Both the position numbers and the translations under genes were made by a program. A stretch of DNA of 63,716 nt, filler included, from Thraustochytrium aureum (Eukaryota), in the NCBI GenBank assembly GCA_012862495.1. It is 8 parts of 5 records of this genome, joined end to end, with 100 filler letters (N's around TTAATTAATTAA, not from the genome) between each part and the next. Parts side by side here need not be neighbours in the genome. Positions count along the whole stretch, not along the records: positions 49,445 to 61,849 come from BLSG01000176.1; positions 61,950 to 63,716 come from BLSG01000182.1; 6 more parts are not named here. One strand, 5' to 3'. This document shows, in pieces, positions 58,461 to 63,716 of the stretch (positions within the stretch are counted from its first letter, which is position 1; every line of letters begins with the position of its first letter). The notes below the pieces were generated by a model, which worked only from the letters and a program-made list of their open reading frames with translations, did not search any database and was not told the DNA's origin.

Positions 58461-59346
58461 TTCGCGCGTCGTCCGGGCCAAGTCTAGCGCTATGGAAACA
58501 GTCGTCTGCCTCCTGTTTGAGATCATGGCTTTGCTTATCGGCGCAGGAAAAGGCGCGGGGCGGCGGCTGAAGCGTCGAGCGCGGCGACCTGCACTATGTG
58601 CAAGCCCTTGTGCCGCTCCTTGGCTTGGTCAGCGCCTGCTCGGCCCGCGAAACAGGCTCGCTTGGGCAGAACCGGACTCGGAGGATGTTTCATTGAAAAA
58701 CTAAGCAAGTTGTACCATCTGTCATCCCACGCCTTGAACGCTCCAGACGCTTGCTCCCGAAAGCGTCGATGTAGAGTACACGTACTTCTGGCCAACCGCG
58801 AGGTGCGCAAGCAGCATTCATCAATTCGCCGTCAGCCGCGTGGCATAAAACCCCCTGAATGCGGGCTCGCGAGTCAGAGCACTTTTGGCCCTCGCAGGTT
58901 GTTGCCGCAATACAGGACGGCCTCCCCGCGTTTCGCTCAGGCTCCACCACCGCCACCTCCCATCGCTGGCGGGCCAGCTGCGCGTTGCATCGCGCAGAGC
59001 TGTCTCTAGCTCCAGAGAGACGTACGGTGCTCGTGTCGGACTGCAGAGTAGAGTAGGTAGGTAGAGAGTACGCTCGCACTGTGGTCTTCTTGTCGTACAT
59101 AGGTACCCACTCGGGATGAAGTACTCGCCGCAGAGCCGCATGAGTTGGCGCGCGAGCAGCGCTGCAGGCCTTGACGCACAAGCAGCAGGTCTTGTTGTTG
59201 CGCGAGCAGCACTGGCAGGCCTTGTTGTTGCGCGAGCAGGCAGGCTTGCTTCGGCGCGAGCAGGCAGGCCGTGACGCACGAGCACCAAGCAGGCCTCGTC
59301 GCGCAGTTGCTGTTGTTCTCAAGCAGAGTCAGTCGCAGGAGCCGAA

Positions 59347-59555
59347 ATGGGCTTCGTGGAAGTGCGCGCGTTGAACGTGGTTGTGGCGGGCCTCGCGCTG
59401 ACGGCGTTCTTGGGGCCGCTCTGGATGACGCTCGAGATCGAGCCGGATAACGTGTACGGGTACGGTTTGCTGTACGGGTGGGTCCGGCTGCGAGGAGAGC
59501 TGCCCCTTCCTGCCACGGAGGCGGAGAGCTTCGCCGTGACAAGTAACATCTTGAC
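59347..59555 (+). CDS. 4-TM membrane protein, array paralog 3 (mostly in gap)
   Basis: ALNVVVAGLALTAFLGPLWMTLE...GYGLLYGWVRLRG. Confidence 0.75.
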
Positions 59556-60429
59556 NNNNNNNNNNNNNNNNNNNNNNNNNNNNNNNNNNNNNNNNNNNNN
59601 NNNNNNNNNNNNNNNNNNNNNNNNNNNNNNNNNNNNNNNNNNNNNNNNNNNNNNNNNNNNNNNNNNNNNNNNNNNNNNNNNNNNNNNNNNNNNNNNNNNN
59701 NNNNNNNNNNNNNNNNNNNNNNNNNNNNNNNNNNNNNNNNNNNNNNNNNNNNNNNNNNNNNNNNNNNNNNNNNNNNNNNNNNNNNNNNNNNNNNNNNNNN
59801 NNNNNNNNNNNNNNNNNNNNNNNNNNNNNNNNNNNNNNNNNNNNNNNNNNNNNNNNNNNNNNNNNNNNNNNNNNNNNNNNNNNNNNNNNNNNNNNNNNNN
59901 NNNNNNNNNNNNNNNNNNNNNNNNNNNNNNNNNNNNNNNNNNNNNNNNNNNNNNNNNNNNNNNNNNNNNNNNNNNNNNNNNNNNNNNNNNNNNNNNNNNN
60001 NNNNNNNNNNNNNNNNNNNNNNNNNNNNNNNNNNNNNNNNNNNNNNNNNNNNNNNNNNNNNNNNNNNNNNNNNNNNNNNNNNNNNNNNNNNNNNNNNNNN
60101 NNNNNNNNNNNNNNNNNNNNNNNNNNNNNNNNNNNNNNNNNNNNNNNNNNNNNNNNNTTCAAGATCAAGAGCACGCGCGAGGTCGAGGTGGCCAGTGTGG
60201 GAAGTGCAATAGCGACGTGACATGGCCAGGGCATTGACAGGCCATGAGCCAGACACCAGACAGACACCAGCCACAAAGCCAGCGCAAACGCAAACGCAGG
60301 CAAGGCAGAGCCTCGAAGACTGCACGACCAGGGCAAAGCCGCAGAGCTAGCGCGCGAAGGCAGAGCCCCGAGGCCAACGCGAGCAAGCTTGACGAGCGCC
60401 TTACTCGTTGGTTTCGTCGGTTTTGAAGA

Positions 60430-60981
60430 ATGGGGGTCGCCGCGGCGCTTGCGCTCAATGTTTTGACGGTCATCGTGGCCGGGGTTGCGTTCTTGGGGCC
60501 GTTCTGGATGTCGCTTGAAGTGTTGACCGGGGACAGGTCCGGGTACGGGCTGTTCTACGAGTGGGTGCAGTTGGGCGGGGACTTTGACCTCGACGCGGTG
60601 ACCAGTTTGGTGCAGGCTGCGGCGTTTAGCGACGACAAGCTCATCCTGCTCGTGCAAGTCTGCGCGGGAGTCGCGCTCGCATTCGCGTTGCTCAATATCT
60701 TCATCACGTGCTGCGGATCGATCCGTGCTGCGCGTATCACGAGTTTGTTCGTTGCGCTCACCTCCGCGACGACGTGGATCGTCTGGCTGTTCACCGACGC
60801 TGTCAAAAGCCTGCGCGAGGCTTCTTGCAACGGCGTGCTGTGCGAGTCTACGCCAATCTCTGTCACACTTCTGGGAGGTACAGTGCTCACCTTCCTCTGG
60901 GTGGGCTATTTTGCGGCGGTGTTGACGACGGTGCTGGCGCTAATCTCGGTCTGCTGCTCGAACTCCAACAAGGACGACTAA
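60430..60981 (+). CDS. 4-TM membrane protein, array paralog 4
   Basis: ALNVLTV...AFLGPFWMSLE...GYGLFYEWVQLGG...AFSDDKLILLVQ...LFT...C..C...WVGYFA. Confidence 0.85.
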   Translation: MGVAAALALNVLTVIVAGVAFLGPFWMSLEVLTGDRSGYGLFYEWVQLGGDFDLDAVTSLVQAAAFSDDKLILLVQVCAGVALAFALLNIFITCCGSIRAARITSLFVALTSATTWIVWLFTDAVKSLREASCNGVLCESTPISVTLLGGTVLTFLWVGYFAAVLTTVLALISVCCSNSNKDD

Positions 60982-61159
60982 CCCGCCACGGACGCAGCAT
61001 GATCTGCTGCGGCGTGCGCCACTTACTAGCTAGCTCTAGAGAGCTGCCCATGGGCCAAACACCCGCTCACGCATGCGAACACCCAGCCCTTCTCTCACCC
61101 GCTCTTGCTGCTGTTCATTCCCCGCGCCCACAAAGGTCGATCTCGTTCCCTACGCTGGC

Positions 61160-61849
61160 CTAGTCGTCGTCCGCGTAGCCCTCATCGGCCTCCTCATCGG
61201 CCTCCTCATCCTCAGTGAACGTGACAAGGCGGCCATGAAAGCTCGCCCGCAAACGGGTGAGCAGCGACTTCGCGGCCGCCTCGGTAAACCCATGCGGCCT
61301 GAACGAGAGCGTAGCAAGAGCTGGAAAACCGTTGTTTTGCAGAACTGTCTCAAGCGCCTCAATCGACACCTCATTCTTGCCCAAACAGAGCGTCGCGAGG
61401 CGCCCAAGCCGACCGCTGCCCAACGCGGTCACGCCAGCGTCGTCCACCCCGGAGTTGGTCAAAGTGAGCTCTACCAGACAAGCGGCGCATCGCCCGTTCG
61501 CCAGCCCCAGCAGGCCCCGAAGCTCGCCGCCCCGAGTACAACTTAAATCAAGCTCCTCAAGAGTAGAGCATGCTGCCGCTAGCATCTCGACGCCGGCTCC
61601 CGACACAAAAGAGTTTCCCACATCGAGGGTCCGTAGTTGGCTGCAACCTCGGGCCAACTCGGCGAGCCCTGCACTTGTCACACGTGAGCCGTTGAGGTCA
61701 AGCTCAGCGAGCGCCGGGCAGTTCTTGCCAAGCGCCGAAAGGACCACATCCGAAACGAAGCCCTGCACACGATAAGCGTACAGGCGCTCCAGCCGCGGAC
61801 ATCCAACCGCAACCGGAACCAGACCGGCATCGGTCACGCGCGTTCCATT
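61160..61849 (-). CDS. RNI-like/FBXL-type leucine-rich repeat protein, C-terminal part
   Basis: Repeats VTDAGL...GCPRLERL, NCPALAELDL...VTSAGL, GCSQLRTLDV, CSTLEELDL; acidic tail. Confidence 0.85.
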   Translation of the reverse strand, partial: NGTRVTDAGLVPVAVGCPRLERLYAYRVQGFVSDVVLSALGKNCPALAELDLNGSRVTSAGLAELARGCSQLRTLDVGNSFVSGAGVEMLAAACSTLEELDLSCTRGGELRGLLGLANGRCAACLVELTLTNSGVDDAGVTALGSGRLGRLATLCLGKNEVSIEALETVLQNNGFPALATLSFRPHGFTEAAAKSLLTRLRASFHGRLVTFTEDEEADEEADEGYADDD

Positions 61850-61949
61850 NNNNNNNNNNNNNNNNNNNNNNNNNNNNNNNNNNNNNNNNNNNNTTAATTA
61901 ATTAANNNNNNNNNNNNNNNNNNNNNNNNNNNNNNNNNNNNNNNNNNNN
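61850..61949. other. Artificial scaffold spacer
   Basis: TTAATTAATTAA at 61894-61905. Confidence 0.97.
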
Positions 61950-63189
61950 TTACATCAAGCTGGGGCTCAACCCTGCGTCTGAAGAGACGACGATTTTCTG
62001 TAAGCCCAGAGTCCAGCGGACCGCGATTTTTTTCGGGTACGTGGGCTCCGGGTACCAGGGCAGCCAGCTCAACCTGCAAACCGCTCGTGGAAGCACCGTG
62101 GAGCAGGAGCTGATGGACGCACTGTACAAAGCCGGCGGGATCCGCCAAAACATTCGGTACAACGAGAAGGCGCTGATGTGGACGCGGAGCAGCCGCACCG
62201 ACAAACAGGCGCATGCGCTGCAGAACGTCGTAAGCACCGACCTGCTGGTGCCGCAGCTGGACGCGTGGGAAACAGACCCCTTTGGAGTCAAGCTGGCAGA
62301 CTGCATCAACGCGCACCTCCCAGACGCCGTGGAGGTTTTCGGCGTTGTCAAGGTGCCCAAGTCGTTCCACGCTCGGGTGTTTTGCAAGACGCGTACGTAC
62401 GAGTACCTCATCCCGGCCTGGGTGCTCGGCCAGGACGGCTCCCCGGCGGACGAGGTCCGCCTCGTCAAGCTCAACGCGGCACTCGAGATGTTCGTCGGGC
62501 GGCGGGCGTTTCACAACTTCACCCGGCGCACGCTCTACCAAAACGAGGCCAACTCATCGCGCCGAGCGAAGGCCTCTGCTCGCGTGGTGCGCGAGTGGCA
62601 GGACCTCGTCGACGAGGAGGCGAGGGCCGAGGCCGCGGGCGGCAGTCGGGCCGACCACTCGTTTGACAAGGTCGGCGACGAGCCCTTCTTCGCGCGCGAT
62701 GCCGACCCAGGCAGCCCGCTCGTGGTGTGGAAGCATGAGTGCGACCCGGGCGACACGGTCGTCGCCTCGCTGTACCGCAACGTGGTGGAGGCCTCGTGCG
62801 AGCAGGTTGCCTGGCGCGGTCCCGCGCTGCCCTGCGGCTCGAAGAGCGTCCTGCGGATGCGCTTCTCCGCGGATTCCTTCGTGCTCAACCAGATCAGGCA
62901 CATGGTCGCCACGTCGCTGCTCGTTGTGCGCGCGGGCTTGCCGATCGAGTTCCTCAACGTGGCGCTCGCGCCGCCGGCGCGCGTGCAGCTCCCCATGGTG
63001 CCGGCCGACACGCTCACGCTTGTCGACGCGGTCTTTAACCAGCCCGCGCGCTGTCCGTACAAGGTGCAGCTCGAGCTCGGGGGCGAGGCTCTCGAGCGTC
63101 AGATCGCTTTCAAGGACCGTGTTCTTTCGCGCTCGCTCTCCGAGTCGTTGAGCAAGGACCTTTGGGGGGCCGCTTGTGGACCGCTTTGA
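61950..63189 (+). CDS. PUS1: TruA-family tRNA pseudouridine synthase (PUS1-like), 5'-truncated
   Basis: FGYVGSGYQGSQ, TVEQEL, SSRTDKQAHA (catalytic Asp), RTYEYLIP, FHNFT, SFVLNQIRHMV. Confidence 0.88.
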
Positions 63190-63716
63190 GCACAGATACG
63201 AGCCGCTGCTGCGCCGCCCGTCGGAGATGGAGCACTTGCTCGCAACCTACAGCGACTGGTTCTCGCGCTTCTCCAAGACCAGCGGGCCGTCCGAGTAGCC
63301 TGCGCGCGAGGCGGGCCCAGCTTGTTGCCAACTCGTTGCCAACTTGTTGGCCAGTGCACCCGTGCATTGCGGCGTCTTGCCGGCTACGTAGAGAGCCCGC
63401 GCGCGCGCACATTGCCGTGTGCCAGCGGCCGAGGGCTTTCACGAGTCCTCCACTTCATCGTCGAGCTGTCTCGACCATCTCGGCCAGTTGTACTACCTGA
63501 AGAACAGAACAAGCATGTTTGTTCACGTGTCAATGCCAGCTCGATGATTGATTCATGGCCATGTCCGTCAAGACCGCACCGCGTCCAACTCGACGTAAGT
63601 ACACGTACTCTACCCAGTACCGTACTTGTGAAGTGGATCATCATGATCAGTCCTGTCCTGCAAGGGGCGACGACCGACCTTTGGTCCCGCTTGAGCCGCT
63701 CGAAGCGTTTGCGCGC

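Noticed and set aside
58690..59322. Cys-rich minus-strand ORF (CSRNNK repeats) as a metallothionein-like protein
   Set aside because: No ATG start; it arises from short DNA repeats (TTGTTGTTGCGCGAGCAG) just upstream of 4-TM paralog 3.
9424..61905. Seven TTAATTAATTAA motifs as a biological repeat or piggyBac TTAA sites
   Set aside because: Each is flanked by exactly 44 N on both sides and gives stops in all six frames, so it is an artificial linker.

Overview
Eukaryotic, GC-rich (roughly 60-65% by eye), intron-poor, gene-dense draft genome sequence. The window is eight unrelated scaffolds joined by artificial 100-nt spacers (44 N + TTAATTAATTAA + 44 N), with many internal N gaps, so adjacency across spacers means nothing. 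Gene style and CEP19 (a ciliary protein) suggest a flagellated protist, plausibly a thraustochytrid-like stramenopile (inference only). About a dozen genes carry single-base frameshifts, mostly at homopolymer runs, which look like sequencing errors. Recognisable genes: ATR kinase, GT92-like and C1GALT1-like glycosyltransferases, PRPP synthetase, ABCG half-transporter, group II PLP decarboxylase, CEP19, two SUFU-like genes, ABHD17, SmgGDS-like ARM protein, Siw14/OCA-family phosphatase-like protein, PLRG1, an RCC1-TBC protein, CaMKK-like kinase, FMO, an LRR protein and PUS1. The most interesting items are: (1) a giant (>11 kb) NLR/STAND-like gene with Nudix-like + TCAD9/APH-type kinase + NACHT + HEAT + DUF4062-like + second NACHT-like modules; (2) an intact solo Ty1/copia-type gag with two zinc knuckles, no pol and no visible LTRs; (3) a bipartite, apparently structured non-coding element on two different scaffolds; (4) a tandem array of four divergent 4-TM proteins; (5) tandem SUFU-domain genes; (6) tandem duplications spanning stop codons.
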